Notes under the pieces: model-generated | Seen by the model: the letters and a program-made list of their open reading frames with translations, nothing else | Told to the model about the DNA's origin: nothing | Database searches by the model: none | In this document: positions 20,996-34,796 of the stretch, piece by piece | Position numbering within the stretch: position 1 is the stretch's first letter | Layout of the letters: each line of letters starts with the position of its first letter | Assembly: GCF_001194135.2 (NCBI RefSeq) | Contig: NC_068990.1 | Span: 36,532,022 to 36,571,119, forward strand | DNA: 39,098 nucleotides | From: Octopus bimaculoides | Taxonomy: Eukaryota | Direction: 5' to 3' | Program-made: the position numbers and the translations under genes

Positions 20996-21989
20996 TTATT
21001 ATTATTATTATCATCATTGCTGTTGTTGTTGTTGTTGTTATAATTATTATTATCATTATTGATGTTGAAATTTTCAAGAGTAGCAGAACATTGAAAGATT
21101 TTGGAAACTTAAATGCCATTTAATTAGTATACTGCAGTATAGGAAAGAAATAGTGGAGAAGTAGAAGAAGAGGAGGAGGAAGAGGAGGAGGATGAGGAGG
21201 AGGAAGGGGAGAAGGAGGAAGAGGAGAAGGAGGAAGAGGAGGAAGAGGAGGAAAAAGAGGAAAGGGCAAAAGTACTGGAGAAATAAGGGTGAATTTGGGA
21301 ATGATGAAATTTAACAGCAATAAAAAATAGACCATGATGATGATGATGATGATGGTGGTGATGATGATGATTATGATGATGATGATGGTGGTGATGATGA
21401 TGGTGATGATGATGATGATGATTGTGATGGTGGTGGTGATGGTGGTAGTGATAGTGAAAGTGGTGGTGGTGGTGGTGGCAATTTTGGTGGGTGTGCTGGT
21501 GCTGGCAGTGGTGGTAGCTGTGATGAAGAAGATAATGATGCTGATGCGAGCAAGCCTTTCCACCTGAAGCTAGATGGTCTGATAGATTGGATCTTTCAAC
21601 CCTATTTTTCGTTATTTCTGCCACCCAGCTACATAACCATTCACAACTCCCACTACTAACATCATCCTTTGACAGTTATTACATAATATTTTTGTGATCT
21701 CTTATAATGCAGAATCACCCCAAACGCTTATCGTGATTTCGGGGTAATTCTTGTGTCATATTCTAGGCAACTTTAAGGTCTTTCAATTGACCCCCAAGAC
21801 TTAAATTAATTGCACTTTGGCCTATGAAGGAAGATCGTCAGCAGTTCTCATTTTGTTGCTGTAATACGAAGAGATTCTAAAGGAGAATGGGAGACAAGTA
21901 GTGGTGATGGTGGTGTTGTCGGTGGCAACCACTTCAAAGAAGCTCTAGATGACAATGTAAGATTTAGAAATAAATTTTAAAAAACACAT

Positions 21990-22356
21990 GGGAAGAAGAA
22001 GAAGAAGAAGAACAACAACAACAAAGAGAAGGAGAACAAGGAGAAGAAGAAGAAGAAGAAGAAGAAGAAGAAGAACAACAACAACAACAACAACAAAGAG
22101 AAGGAGAAGAAGGAGAAGAAGAAGAAGAAGAAGAAGAAGAAGAAGAAGAAGAACAACAACAACAACAAAGAGAAGGAGAACAAGGAGAAGAAGAAGAAGA
22201 AGAAGAAGAAGAAGAAGAAGAACAAAGAGAAGGAGAAGAAGAAGAAGAAGAAGAAGAAGAAGAAGAAGAAGAAGAAGAACAAAGAGAAGGAGAACAAGGA
22301 GAAGAAGAAGAACAAGAAGAACAAAGAGAAGGAGAACAAGGAGAAGAAGAAGAACA
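21990..22356. repeat. Compound (GAA)n/(CAA)n VNTR with six acaaagagaaggag(aacaaggag) anchors
   Basis: Anchors near 22021, 22092, 22165, 22221, 22279 and 22321. Confidence 0.92.
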
Positions 22357-23026
22357 TGGGTAAAAGAGGAGAGAGAAGGAAGAGAAAGAAATAGAAGAAA
22401 ACTGAATTAATTGATAAATTAACAAGATAGAAAAACATGTTTATAATGATTTCATTAATTTCCTGTTAATCTGCCAAACTGGAAACATTATAGAGATTAA
22501 AGTCTGAGATTAAAACGTAACTAAACAAATAAGAAACCATAAACAAACATATTAATAGTTAAATAAATAATATCAATAAATAAGCAAGTCCATTAATAGT
22601 TAAATAAACACAGAAATAAAAGTGAAATTGTGAAGGAATAAAAAAGAAAAGAAAAGAAGAAAGGAAAACTTTGTCAAACTAGAAAAAAAAATTTTAATGA
22701 AAAGAATGGAAAAACATGTAAAAGAAGAGCAAGAACAAGACAAAGAAAAGAAGAAGGAAAACGAAAAGGATGTGGAAGTAGAATGAAGGGGAAGGAAATA
22801 GCAAGAGAGATGGATGTATGTGTGTCTCAGAAATGTTTCATGGTTTCCTTATGTAGAATATGTTAAAATCCTGCCTTACTTATGGGTCAACAATAATTGA
22901 GTGACTCTGTTGTGTATGTATGTGTGTATATAGGAATACACACACACACACACACATACACATGTATATAGACGTATATATGTTTATACATAAATATGGA
23001 ATATATATAGTTCCTCTTCAACCTTT

Positions 23027-23084
<58 letters not shown>

Positions 23085-24601
23085 GACATATGCACACACA
23101 CACATGCTCTTACATTCTTTACCAAGTGTAAATAAACATTTAAATTAGGAATAATGACACTTCCTGACATTATACACATGTATGTGTAAGTGTGAACAAT
23201 TGTATAACCATATTCATACGCACACAAACATATATATATATATATATATTATACATACATAAACATATGTATACATGTATGCATAAGTATATAAGCACAC
23301 ATGCACACATACGCATGCACACACATATGTATATGTATGTCTGTACATGTGTGTTGGTATTATGTAAGCATGTATAAACACACAAGTATAAATAAAAATG
23401 TATAAGTTTAAGGATCAAGTAAAAAGAACTAAAAAAATGAAGAAAACATTTACAACAAAGACTCAAAAAAAGAAATAAGATATAGAATATTTTAAAAGCA
23501 CAAATAAATTTAAAACTAAACAAAAAATAAGCAAAATGAACATAAAGTAAACAGGAAAGATCTTGTATTAATTTTACAAACATTTTATTTTTCCTTCTTT
23601 TATTCAATCTTTTCATCTTACAGTTCCATCTTGTCGTCTTCTCCTTCATCACTCTCGCACTCCTCTTGTTTTTCTTCTTCTCCTTTTTCCCCCCTTCGTA
23701 ATTCTATTGAGACAAACATTCAATTTGTGGTTAAAGGGGGAAAAATAAACAAACAAAATTTATTTTTACTCTTTTTATTCATTTTTATTTTGCATTTGTT
23801 TTGCTTTTTTTCTAAACAAAATGGCTGGCAGACATAAATCAAATTTTGTTTCAACTTAAATCTCCTTAAAACTCTCAATTTTCTTGTCAATTTCTATTCT
23901 CGTATCGCGTTTAACTAAAGAGACACTCAACTTTGTTTTTCTTCCATTTTAAATATACTTTTTACTCATATTTTTTCTTTCTTTTCAGCTATTTCCAGCC
24001 TAATATTTATATTTTATTACTATTATTATTACAACATTACAACATTATTATTATTATTGTCCTTATTATTATGTTCTTCTTTCTTATTATCATTATTATA
24101 TTATTATTATCCTTATTTTTACCATTTCTTATCCATTTATTTGTCTGTATTTGTCAACTTTAGTTATCTTCTGCTTTTATCAAATTTTTTCCCCTTTATT
24201 TTAACATCCGGTGTTTTCATATCTGTCTTCCTTTCTCTCAATGCATGTTTGTTGTTATATTTTGTGGTGATATCTACAATTTCCCTTCTTTTATTTAGTC
24301 TTTTTCTTTTTTTTTTTTTGAAAACATTGCTTTACACAATTATTTTCCATGTTTTATATTTTCTCTTCTTTGCAAATATTTCTATATTTATTTATTTTAT
24401 TTAATTGTATAAGAAGAGCTTCTTTCAATCAAGTCTCCCATACTATCTCTCTCTATCTTTCATTCTATATATCACCATCTTTTATATTCTTGACTTCTTT
24501 ATACATTTTTATACATTTATTTTTATATCTTTTGTCATTTAATTTATGTATTTGTTTTTCACTTGTTTCCATCTTTCCTTTGTATTCATTCTTTCCTTTT
24601 T

Positions 24602-24645
<44 letters not shown>

Positions 24646-24844
24646 TATATGCATACATACATACATTCATGTAAATAGATAGATACATAGATAAATGATA
24701 GAGTTAGCCAGAAAGAACTATATACATACATACATGCATACATACATACATACATGCATACATACATACATACATACAAATGTACGTACATACATACAAA
24801 CGTACATACATACATACAACATACATAATATATTGGGTCATTAT

Positions 24845-24930
24845 TTTTTATTGTTTAGCCCCAGGTCTGTCCTGACTGAACAGAGCTATGATCATATGTA
24901 TTTCACCAATGACCATCTCATCTTACTTTC
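24845..24930 (-). mobile_element. 3' fragment of a short interspersed repeat (plus-strand copy at ~5295-5375)
   Basis: ttgtttagccccaggtctgtcctgactgaacagagctatgatca...tgaccatc vs 5300 gtcatggatggaatgtctttgatcatggatacgctcagtcaggcc. Confidence 0.6.
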
Positions 24931-27900
24931 AGACTGGGGATATTTCCACCAACATTACTCTATGAGTTTTTACCTTTTCGAGATACTAATGCATAACTTA
25001 AGGTAAATTTGGTTGCTAATCCTAGCAGTTCAGGTGTTAATGTGGGTGATCCCTTTGATGTTTAGTAAGCGAAGCATGTGGTGGCAGAATGTTGTTAACT
25101 TTTTAAAAACACGAGGAGGGAATTCCAGTGGATAGGCAATCCTGTGGAGGAAGGATTGGAGACTTTCACTTAATGATACAAGGTACAGATGAGATGAAAA
25201 GTAGAAGTTGGGATTGCTATTGTTGGTTTAGACACAAGTCAAGGCCTGATTAAGCAGATTGGTGCTTAACGAACATTCAGTCATTACTATCTCATCTTTT
25301 TCTCTTGCCCCATTACTCTGGGCTGCTTTATAAAATGTGACCTATTTAGTTTCAAGATTGTAGGGTGTGATTTAAGGGAGATGTGGTTGTTATTTCTTGG
25401 AAGACGCATGACCATATTAAAGGTTCACCTGTTGGTTCAGGTAAAAGATAAATGTGTGACAAGTAGTTAAGAGGAGCAGAGACTGTTGTATAAGGGGTAG
25501 AAGTTATGGGGAAAGGAAACAGGATACCTGTGGTTAAGTGTAGGCCTCTATCATTCGAATGACATTTTTATGTTTATGTGAACTAGGATACACATGTATG
25601 TGAAAACAGAGACGAACCCAACAGGTATTATGTGTTGTACTTTAGTTAGCTATTAGAGTATTATAATACACACACACACACATACACACGTGCCCTCACA
25701 TACACACATGTAACGAAAAAAAAAAAAAGAGCGTGGGAGACATATTTGTTATTTTTATCTCGGGAAGGTGATTTTGCTAATAAAACACATTCACTGGTTA
25801 AATTTCACTTCCTTTTGTTATTTTTAAGCAATTTAATAAATAAAACAACCAAAGTTATTAACTGGTTGATTAATCAACCGAGCAGTCAATTGATCAATCA
25901 ATCAGTTGATTTGATAATCAATCGTGTCATTGCATTTGGAGTCCTATTGATGATACACTTTCGCATAGAGTTTCACAGCAAGAATTTTGTCAAGCAAATA
26001 CAAAGCACATATATACATACATACATACACACATACATATGTATGCATTCAGTCATTCATTCATGTGACCTTACAAATATCAACATAAAATACATGGATT
26101 TTTGTCAGTTTTCACAGAGAGTAGTCCAGTAGTTCAGTCTGCTGAACTACTTACACATAGAATTAATGATGTGCATATGGTTGAGTATTTCATAGACATA
26201 CGTACCTTTAACACTATTGCTTGCCTGAGTCATAGTGACATTGTGTGTGACAAGGCTGGTCCTTTCCATTGCAGGTGGAGGTTATCCAACAAGCTTGGAC
26301 TCACCTTCTGTCCACTCAGTTTCACTTGGCTAGTGGGGTGGAACACTATGGGATGGTACCCATGCCATCATGATTATAAGGTAGACTTTTTAACCATAAT
26401 GCCATGCCTATAAGTTTCATACACACTTTTATATTTATGCTCATGCATACATGTGTAGATACATGCATGTATACATATTACATACATCCATATACACATA
26501 CATAGATGTATACATAATGCATACAAACGCAGATAATAATTTACATATACACACATGTCCAACCACACACACAGACACATGCACACATACACTCACACAC
26601 ACACACATACACACACACACACACATACACACACACAATAGAAGAGAGAAAGAGGGTGAGAGAGAAAAAGTGGATTATTTGCTAAATGGATAGATTGATA
26701 GATTAATTGATCACTTGCTAAATATATAGATTAATAAACAAACAAATAAACAAACATGTCTTTTATAGTCTTTCTCTTTGCTTTTCTTTATTTTTATGTC
26801 TTTACTTTCAGATTTAAATATTTATCTTTGTTATTTATTCCTCCTATTCTTATTTCCCATCACTTTACTATTTATATTTTTTACCCTTTTTATATATATT
26901 TCTTTCTTTCTGTTATCTTTATTTTCTCTCGTTTGTCAAATCCTCCCATCTACACTTCTTTCTCATGTTTTATTTATTTTATCTCACTTAAATTCTTTGA
27001 AATTTCATTGAAAATTTGTTTATGTATCATTTATTTTATATTTCATACATTTTTTTCCCCTCCCAGTTTACTTTAAACCACTTGAGTAAAATATATTATA
27101 CGGCTCTTTAAATTTCTTTTCTATTTAATTACATTTTTATTCTTATTTATAATTTGTATTTACTTCTGTTAAAAATTTGTTGTTGTTGTTGTTGTAGTTG
27201 TTATTGTTATTGTTGTTATCGTTTTATAAATTTTATTTTACTTTGATGCATTTATCGATTTCTTCCATCTCGTCGCTCGCATTTGCATTCTCTTTCTCTG
27301 CCTCTCTCACATACTCTCTCCTATCTTCCTTCTCTGCTGATTCTCATCTGCATTCTGAGAAGGGTCTCTTTCAATGAAATTCCTTAAAGATTTACCAATT
27401 TAACGCTGTATTTCCTTTAAACCTCCCACATCCACTACCACCACCATCATTCTCCATTACTCTTTTATTCTTCCTCCTTTTTTCTTAACCCCTTTATCTT
27501 TATTTTGCTCACTTTTGTATTCTTCTCCACCCCGCTCTCTCTGTCACTTGCATTCTCTCTGTCTTCCTCATTTTCCTTCTTGTTCTTTTAATCTTTACTT
27601 CCCAAGTCCTTCTCCACCTCATCTTTATGTCCTTCCTTGAAGATAATCTTTTATCAAAAATACTCTTACTAACCCCCCCCCCCATCTACTCCACTCAACG
27701 ACCCTTAACCTCCTCCTCTATTCTGTATTCAGCAGAACAAACATTTTACGGTTGAATTATAATAAAAAAAAATATGTATTCATACTTTGATTTATTTAGT
27801 GTCTTTTAAAATTTCCATTTTTTATTTTTGTGGTTAATTTTTCGTTTCAATATTTGAAAGAGTTTTATTATATGCGCATAGACACAAGCACATATCCACA

Positions 27901-28204
27901 GATACACAGGCACATATCCACAAATACATAGGCACAGATACTTACACAATTTCTGACAGACACACATACATTTCTATAAATAAGCTGATACATAACCAAA
28001 CACACACACACACACACATATATATGCCCACAATGCAAATATACAGTAAACACAGATATTGACACACAGATATGTAAACATACATGCACACAAAACAAAT
28101 AATCATACAAGGGCACACACGCAAGCACATACATGCATGCATGCACACACACACACACATGTTTATCTATACGCGGATGTGTATATTTAAGACATATATC
28201 TTTT

Positions 28205-28410
28205 ATATACTTTTTACTTATTTTGGTTGGACTGGGGCCATGCTGGGGCACTACCTTGAACAGTTTAGCTGAACAGATCACTCCCAGTATTTGTTATATT
28301 ATTTTTATGTCTAATATTTATTCTATTAGCTTCATTTGCTGAACTTCTAAGTTACAGGGATGTAAATAAGCCAAAACCAGCTGTCAAACTATTGTGAAGG
28401 ATAAATGCAA
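28205..28410 (-). mobile_element. 3' half of CORE-like SINE
   Basis: gccatgctggggcactaccttgaa...ttgctgaacttctaagttacagggatgtaaa. Confidence 0.8.
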
Positions 28411-28415
28411 ACACA

Positions 28416-28465
<50 letters not shown>

Positions 28466-28600
28466 TCATCATCATCATCATTTGACATCCACTTTCCATG
28501 CTGGCATGGGTTGGACAATTTGACAGGAGCTGACTGGCCAGAACACTGCACCTACATCTACTGTCTGTTTTGGCATGGTTTTATGGCTGGATACTGACCA
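28466..28600 (-). mobile_element. RTE-type 3' tail with (CAT)n
   Basis: catcatcatcatttgacatccactttccatgctggcatgggttggac...ttttatggctggat. Confidence 0.82.
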
Positions 28601-28804
28601 AAATCTTGTGAGATGATTTGGTTGATGGAGACTGGAAGAAGCCTGTTGGAGTGTGTATAAGTATGTTTGTATGCATGTATGTGTGTGTTTATGCATGTGT
28701 GTGCGTGTGTGTGTGTATATATATATATATGTATAAATATATATATATATATTATTTTGTATGTATGCATATATATATATGTATATATATATGCATACAT
28801 ACAA

Positions 28805-28864
<60 letters not shown>

Positions 28865-28950
28865 ACATATGTTTATGCATATATCTGTGTGTGTGTGTGC
28901 ATGTGCACACATGCATGTTTGTTTTTCTCTCCTGTCTTCACTTGGACACC
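28601..28950 (+). mobile_element. Central part of CORE-like SINE with ~260-bp expanded internal microsatellite
   Basis: cttgtgagatgatttggttgatggagactggaagaagcctgt, then TA/TG mosaic, then a degenerate 3' junction. Confidence 0.65.
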
Positions 28951-29277
28951 ATTTGGGCTTCACTATGATATTTATTCATGTTCAAAATATGCCTTATGCC
29001 CCATACCTAGGTCCAGCTTAAGGTATAGGAATATTGTGCCATTGCCCAGGGGCCTCACAACTCAAGGAGCTCGATTTAGATCTTTGCATACTGTTGTTAG
29101 TAACTAATAAATAAATACTGTAGGGACCATTGCATTGACTTACTCCAAGGCCCATAATGCTGTCGGAAGATCAGACCAGTGGAATAAAGTATCTTACCTG
29201 AAAACAAGGGGTGGCCATAGAAAGAGGATTGTAATATTGCAAGGATGGTGGTAGACAAAGTAATATTAGTAGTGATG

Positions 29278-29520
29278 GCAACGATGACAATGACGACGAT
29301 TACGATGACAATGATGACGATGACAACAAAGACGATGACAATGACAAAGACGACGACGACAACGATGATGATGACAATGACGATGATGACAATGACGACG
29401 ATGACGATGACAATGATGACGATGACAACAACAATGATGATGACAACGATAATGATGACAATGATGATGATGACAACGACGATGATGACAACAACAACAA
29501 TAACAATAATGACGATGATA
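29278..29520. repeat. (GAT/GAC/AAC/AAT)n trinucleotide mosaic
   Basis: Directly visible; triplet register unbroken. Confidence 0.95.
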
Positions 29521-30275
29521 ACTATATCAGAGTTATCGATAAAGCTGAAAGTTTTATTATTTATCATTTGCTAAACTTTTTTTTGCCCTTATTGTTATTT
29601 TTATTATTCCTGCTGTTGTCATTGTTATTGCTGTTGTTGTTAAACATAATTCTTTTTTTTTCTTTCATAATATATATATTTCTTCTTCCCACTCTGTTTA
29701 AACTACTGCAAGATGTAACAGGAACAATTAGCTGTTACTCTCGCAGGTCAATCACCAGGTCAATAGCCTCTTCCTTGTCTTATTGTTGTTTACAATAGAG
29801 TTTATTACTTCATTAATTCATGATGATGTCCCTCCAGTTGATTTATTGATTTTTTTGTCGTTTGTTTTTATTCTCCCACTTGTTTACAGATTTTACACTT
29901 GCTGTTGTTCTTGTTGTTGTTGCTATTGTTATTGTTGTTTTCCTTACTGTTATTCTAATTATAATTTTTGTTGCTAATGGTGTTATTTTAATTATTGTCG
30001 TTCTTAACATTTTTGCTATTGTTGTAGGTATTGCTGTTGTTTTGTAATATTTTCCCCCTTTCTTGATTTGGTTGTTTGCTGTCACTTTTTCACAAGTACC
30101 AAAACTTTCCTCTCCCTTTGTCCCTCTTTCTTCTCCTTTCTCTCCTTCCCCCTTTCTGCTTTCTTCCATCTTCTCCATCCTGCATCTCATCTGTTCTGTC
30201 CTCCCCTTGTTCTTACATCCCTTCCTTCCCACACTGCCTTCCTTCCTTCCTTCCTTCCTGTCTTCCTTATTCGTG

Positions 30276-30636
30276 AATAATAATAATAAGAAGAAGAAGA
30301 AGAGGAAGAAGGATGAGGAGGAGGAGGAGGAGAAGAAGAAGGAGGAGGAGGAGAAGAAGAAGAAGAAGAAGAAGGAAGAGGGGGAGGAGGAGGAGGAGGT
30401 GAAGAAGAAGGAAGAGGGGGAGGAGAGGAGGAGGAGAAGAAGGAAGAGGGGGAGGAGGAGGAGGAGAAGAAGAAGAAGAAGAAGAAGGAAGAGGAGGAGG
30501 AGGAAGAGGAGGAGTAGTAGTAGAAGAAGAAGAAGAAGAAGAAGAAGAAGAAGAAGAAGAAAAAGGAGAAGAAGAAGGAAGAAGGAGGAGGAGGAGAAGA
30601 AGGAGGAGGAGAAGAAGGAAGAGGAGAAGAAGAAGA
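30276..30636. repeat. (AAT)n then (GAA/GAG)n polypurine tract
   Basis: Directly visible. Confidence 0.95.
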
Positions 30637-30899
30637 ATGGGAGAATCTTTTTCTTTAACAGACACAAGGACTTGACAAGGTAGAGAAAATGCAAAACAGA
30701 GGACTTACAAATCTGTATGGGGTGGGACTGACATGTTACACAAAACAGAGTGGAGGGACGAAAGATATGTTACAGTATAAATACTTAAATGAATTTAGAA
30801 TTTCTAAAAAGTTAAAGCACCACAGATATTTACATTGAATAGGTTAAAAGCTATAATATGACACAAAACAATTTAAACAAGATATTTATATTAAATTTA

Positions 30900-31790
30900 A
30901 ACATCCACTTACAATGATTAAAGCAGTTGCATTGACCAAGATGCAATAATCTTTGATGTGACATCCTTGTGTTATAGAAGGCAAGTGAAGGTCCGTATTC
31001 TGTAGATCATTGACATATGGCACTTCATAATGTCTCTCTGAAATTTGGACAAATATTTTGGTCTTTTAATACTGTTTAAAATACAGTCCCATTTCCTCCT
31101 TGATCCATACTTCTAGAAATTTCTAATTTAAGTATCTTTTTTATAGAGTTTTCTTAGTCTTGTTCAGGCAGGAAGCTGGTTCCTCCTCATAGGATATTGG
31201 TTTCCCTTGCAAGAAGAGCTCTTCTTCAGCAGAGATTGTATTCTCTTCACAGGCGGTGTAATTGTCCTCATATTTTTCTTATTGGTTATTACTGTTGTTT
31301 TGTTGGTTCTTTCATTGTATGTTTTTAAGGAGTCTGTCCTTTCTCATTGGTCTCAATCTGCTCCCAATCTTCATAAGAGGATGCTATGAAGAAGTACTTC
31401 CTGTTCATTTAGTTGTTGCTGTTGTTATTGTTGGTGTGGTCATGGGTGATTCTCATTGTATTCACTGGTTGTGGCAGGAAAGAAGGCAGATAATTTGTTC
31501 CTGACAATGAAAATGGTGTAATTTATATTTTTGGTGACTTTACAGTTGTGCATTTGGATGGAAAACCACTATGATTTGTTCTTGTTGTTGCTTTTCTTCT
31601 ATCAGTCTTTTCTTGCTGGCCTTTCAGAGATAGATTCACTTCTGTCCATTTCTGGGTGAGCTTGACCATTTCTGTCCATTTCTGGCTATGATCTCTTTCC
31701 AGTTGTTATCCATCTGGAAATATGGTCTGAACCACTCCTTGAGCACTTTCAGAAGACACTCTGTTCAGCAACAGAAATCACTGCTATTTA
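30900..31790 (-). pseudogene. Unidentified degraded coding-like segment, possibly a non-LTR retroelement ORF1 fossil
   Basis: High-complexity island; one minus frame reads KYEDNYTACEENTISAEEELFLQGKPISYEEEPASCLNKTKKTL*KRYLN*KFLEVWIKEEMGLYFKQY*KTKIFVQISERHYEVPYVNDLQNTDLHLPSITQG; an upstream LLSCHNQ segment may be a decayed zinc knuckle. Confidence 0.35.
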
Positions 31791-31947
31791 ATATGCTAAT
31801 GATTTTGCCAGCTCATCACCTTATTAATCATAATAATGATAATAATAATGATCATGATGATAACAAATTCTACAAAACAGTGACAACATCAATAAATGTC
31901 GTATATAATGATGATGATGATGATGATGGTGAATAAAGGTTAAGGTG

Positions 31948-31979
<32 letters not shown>

Positions 31980-32398
31980 ACAATCTATGGTGGCAAAGTT
32001 GAGGTGATATATAAGAGGTGGCAAAATGGAGGTATATTAGCTGAGACATTATAGGGAGGGTGCATTAGAGATGACATATTAGAGAAGACATATTAATGAT
32101 GGTACATTAGAGATGACATACTGAGGTGCAACATAGAAGAGTCACATTAGAAGTAGCAAGTGAGAGGAGATATATTACAACTTAGAGTTTAGTGAGGAAA
32201 CAAAAAAGCAATAAAGTAATAAAATTGAAAAGAAACATCCATAAAAGATGGAAAGAAAATTTGTAAAGAAATTAGAAACTGAGATTTAAAAGAAAAGGTA
32301 GGAGTGAGAAGAAGAAGAAGAAGAAGAAGAAGAAGAAGAAGAAGAAGGAGGAGGAGGAGGAGGAAGAAGAGGAAGAGGAGAAGGAGGAAAAGAAGAAT

Positions 32399-32718
32399 AA
32401 TGGGAGAAGGGGTGGTGGGGAGAAAGGGAGGAGGAACAGAGGAGAAAAAACAGATGAAATAGAAGAAGAAAGAAAAGAAGAAAATGGAGGAGGCAAAGGG
32501 GAAGAAGGAAGAAAGGGAAAAAGAAAGTGGAAGAGAAAAGGAAGAAGAAGAAGAAGAAGAATGGGAGAAGGTAGTGGTGGGGAGGAGAAGAGGAGGAACA
32601 GAGGAGAAAAATAGAGAGGAAAGAGAAGGAGAAGGAAAAGAAAAAGAAGAAAAGGAGACAAAGGGGAAGAAGGAACAAAGGGAAAAAGGAAGAAGTGGAA
32701 GAGAAGAAGAAGAAGAAG
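32399..32718. repeat. Diverged 161-bp tandem duplication of a purine-rich unit
   Basis: aatgggagaagg at 32399 and 32560; shared gaggaggaacagaggagaaaaa, caaaggggaagaaggaa and agtggaagagaa. Confidence 0.88.
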
Positions 32719-33120
32719 ACAAAAGCTCATTGTAAGATGAACCAGTTTGCAATAGCAACAAACAGCAATAACAATCAAAAACTACCACATCAACATCAAT
32801 AACAACAACATCAACCACAAAAGCAGCAATAGCAAAAACAATAACTAAGCAACATCAATAGCCACAGCAACAACACCCACCATCACCACTACCACCACCA
32901 CCACCACCAATGACAACAAAGTGACAATAATGTCATAAAACAAATTATAATGACATTAAACAAATTTGAATGACAATAAAAAAAAAAACGAAGAAAAATA
33001 TATAAAAATCATAATATAAATAAAAATAAAAATGACTAAATCGTTAAATATAGTTTAAAATTACAAAAATACATAAAATTTACAAAGTATCTTCCCTCTT
33101 TTCCTTTAAAAATAAACAAA

Positions 33121-33245
33121 AATAATAATATAATTAATAAAATAAAACTAAATAATAAAATTAGAAAATAATAAAATAAAAATAATAATATAATTAATAA
33201 AATAAAAAATAATAAAATAATAAAATAAAAATAATATAATTAATA
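33121..33245. repeat. A/T-dominated ~60-bp tandem duplication
   Basis: aataataatataattaataaaataaaa at 33121 and 33181. Confidence 0.75.
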
Positions 33246-33706
33246 TAGAAAACAACTGGATTTTGTTATATTTTTACTGGTTTTTGTTTTTATATTTGTT
33301 TTATCATTTCCACTTCCTCCTTTCTCTCCTCTTTGCTATCCACTTCTCATTCACCTTCTCTTCTCCCACTCTTTCATACACACATACATGTACACACAGA
33401 GACACACATACATATACGCATGCACACACAGATACACACATGCACCCCCTCCACCAGTGCTCTCTTTCTCCCTCATTTAATTTAATTATTCTATTGATTT
33501 TTACAAATCTTTCATCTTTCTTCTTTTCTTTCTTGTTGTTGACTTATTTACCTTCTTCTTCTTCTTCCTCCTCCCCATCCTCCTCTTCCTTTTCTTCTTT
33601 TTCTTCCTGCCCACCTCTCCACCTCTCCTTCCTTCTCTTTCCCCACCTCCTCCATCACCACAATCTACTCCACCTCTTCTTTCACCATCTGGTCTTCTTC
33701 TTCTTC

Positions 33707-33740
<34 letters not shown>

Positions 33741-34796
33741 CGATCATCGTCTTCTTCTTCTTCTCTTCCTCCTCCTTCTCTTCCTCCTCCTTCTCCTCCT
33801 CCTACACCTCCTCTTTCTCCTTCTTTACTGCTAAGCATGTAACAACAACCACGCAACACATGCAGAGCACAAACATCAAACACCAATCCAGGGCAACCCA
33901 CACACCACCCATACACTACACCAGGGTTTCCCCAACTTATTTCGGTCATAGAATACTTATATTTTATAGATAAAACCTGCCCCACAAAATAAAACCCAAA
34001 TACATATACATATTTAGAAACATACCATATACATAAATAAAACATAATTCAAATAATCTCCCCACCATTGGCCCACCAGCATCACATCTTCTCATTACAG
34101 ACACCACAACCTCTTCACTTACCTTGTTAACTACCACCAACACCACTTCTTGCCTCCACCCCTCTATATCTTCAACAACTTCATTTTAAAAATTGATTAC
34201 AAATGTAAGAAGAAAAAATAATAAAATAATAAAACAAAAAGCTAGTCCCCCACTCCCATCCGGCCTACTACAGTCGGCAAAATATAATACATAAATAAAA
34301 ATAAAAATCGCAATGACAACAACTAGAAGAAGAGCAACAACCACAATAACAGGAGCAGTCACAACGTTAAGAATCATATCAACAATAACGACAACACTAA
34401 GAATAGAAACAATAGCGAAAACCATTACAATAAGAGCAATAAAGATAATAATAATGAAAGCAACAGCAGCAACAACAATAATGAAAACAAATATAAATAA
34501 AAATAATAATACAAAATAGTAACAAAGAAAAATAGTGAAAATGACAATACAATAACAATATCAGGAGCAACAACAACAATAATTGCAACAAAAAAACAAC
34601 AGCAACAGAAGCAATAACAACAAAAACAGTGAGCATTTCCCAACCAGCCATCACTAAAATGAACTCTTAAATTGAAAAACTGTAAATAATGAAAAGAAAA
34701 AAATTCCCCTTCCCACTGCCATCCCCACTATTCCTGTCACAACCCCTCCATTCCACCACTACCGCTTATTTCATGCACACTTGCCCTTCAAGAAAT

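Noticed and set aside
29010-29180. Possible degenerate hAT-type MITE (gcccaggggcctcacaa...ggcccataatgctgt)
   Set aside because: Termini and TSD are too decayed to support the call.
29740-29770. Direct repeat of AGGTCA half-sites with a 6-bp spacer
   Set aside because: Non-canonical spacing, single occurrence, and no promoter context.
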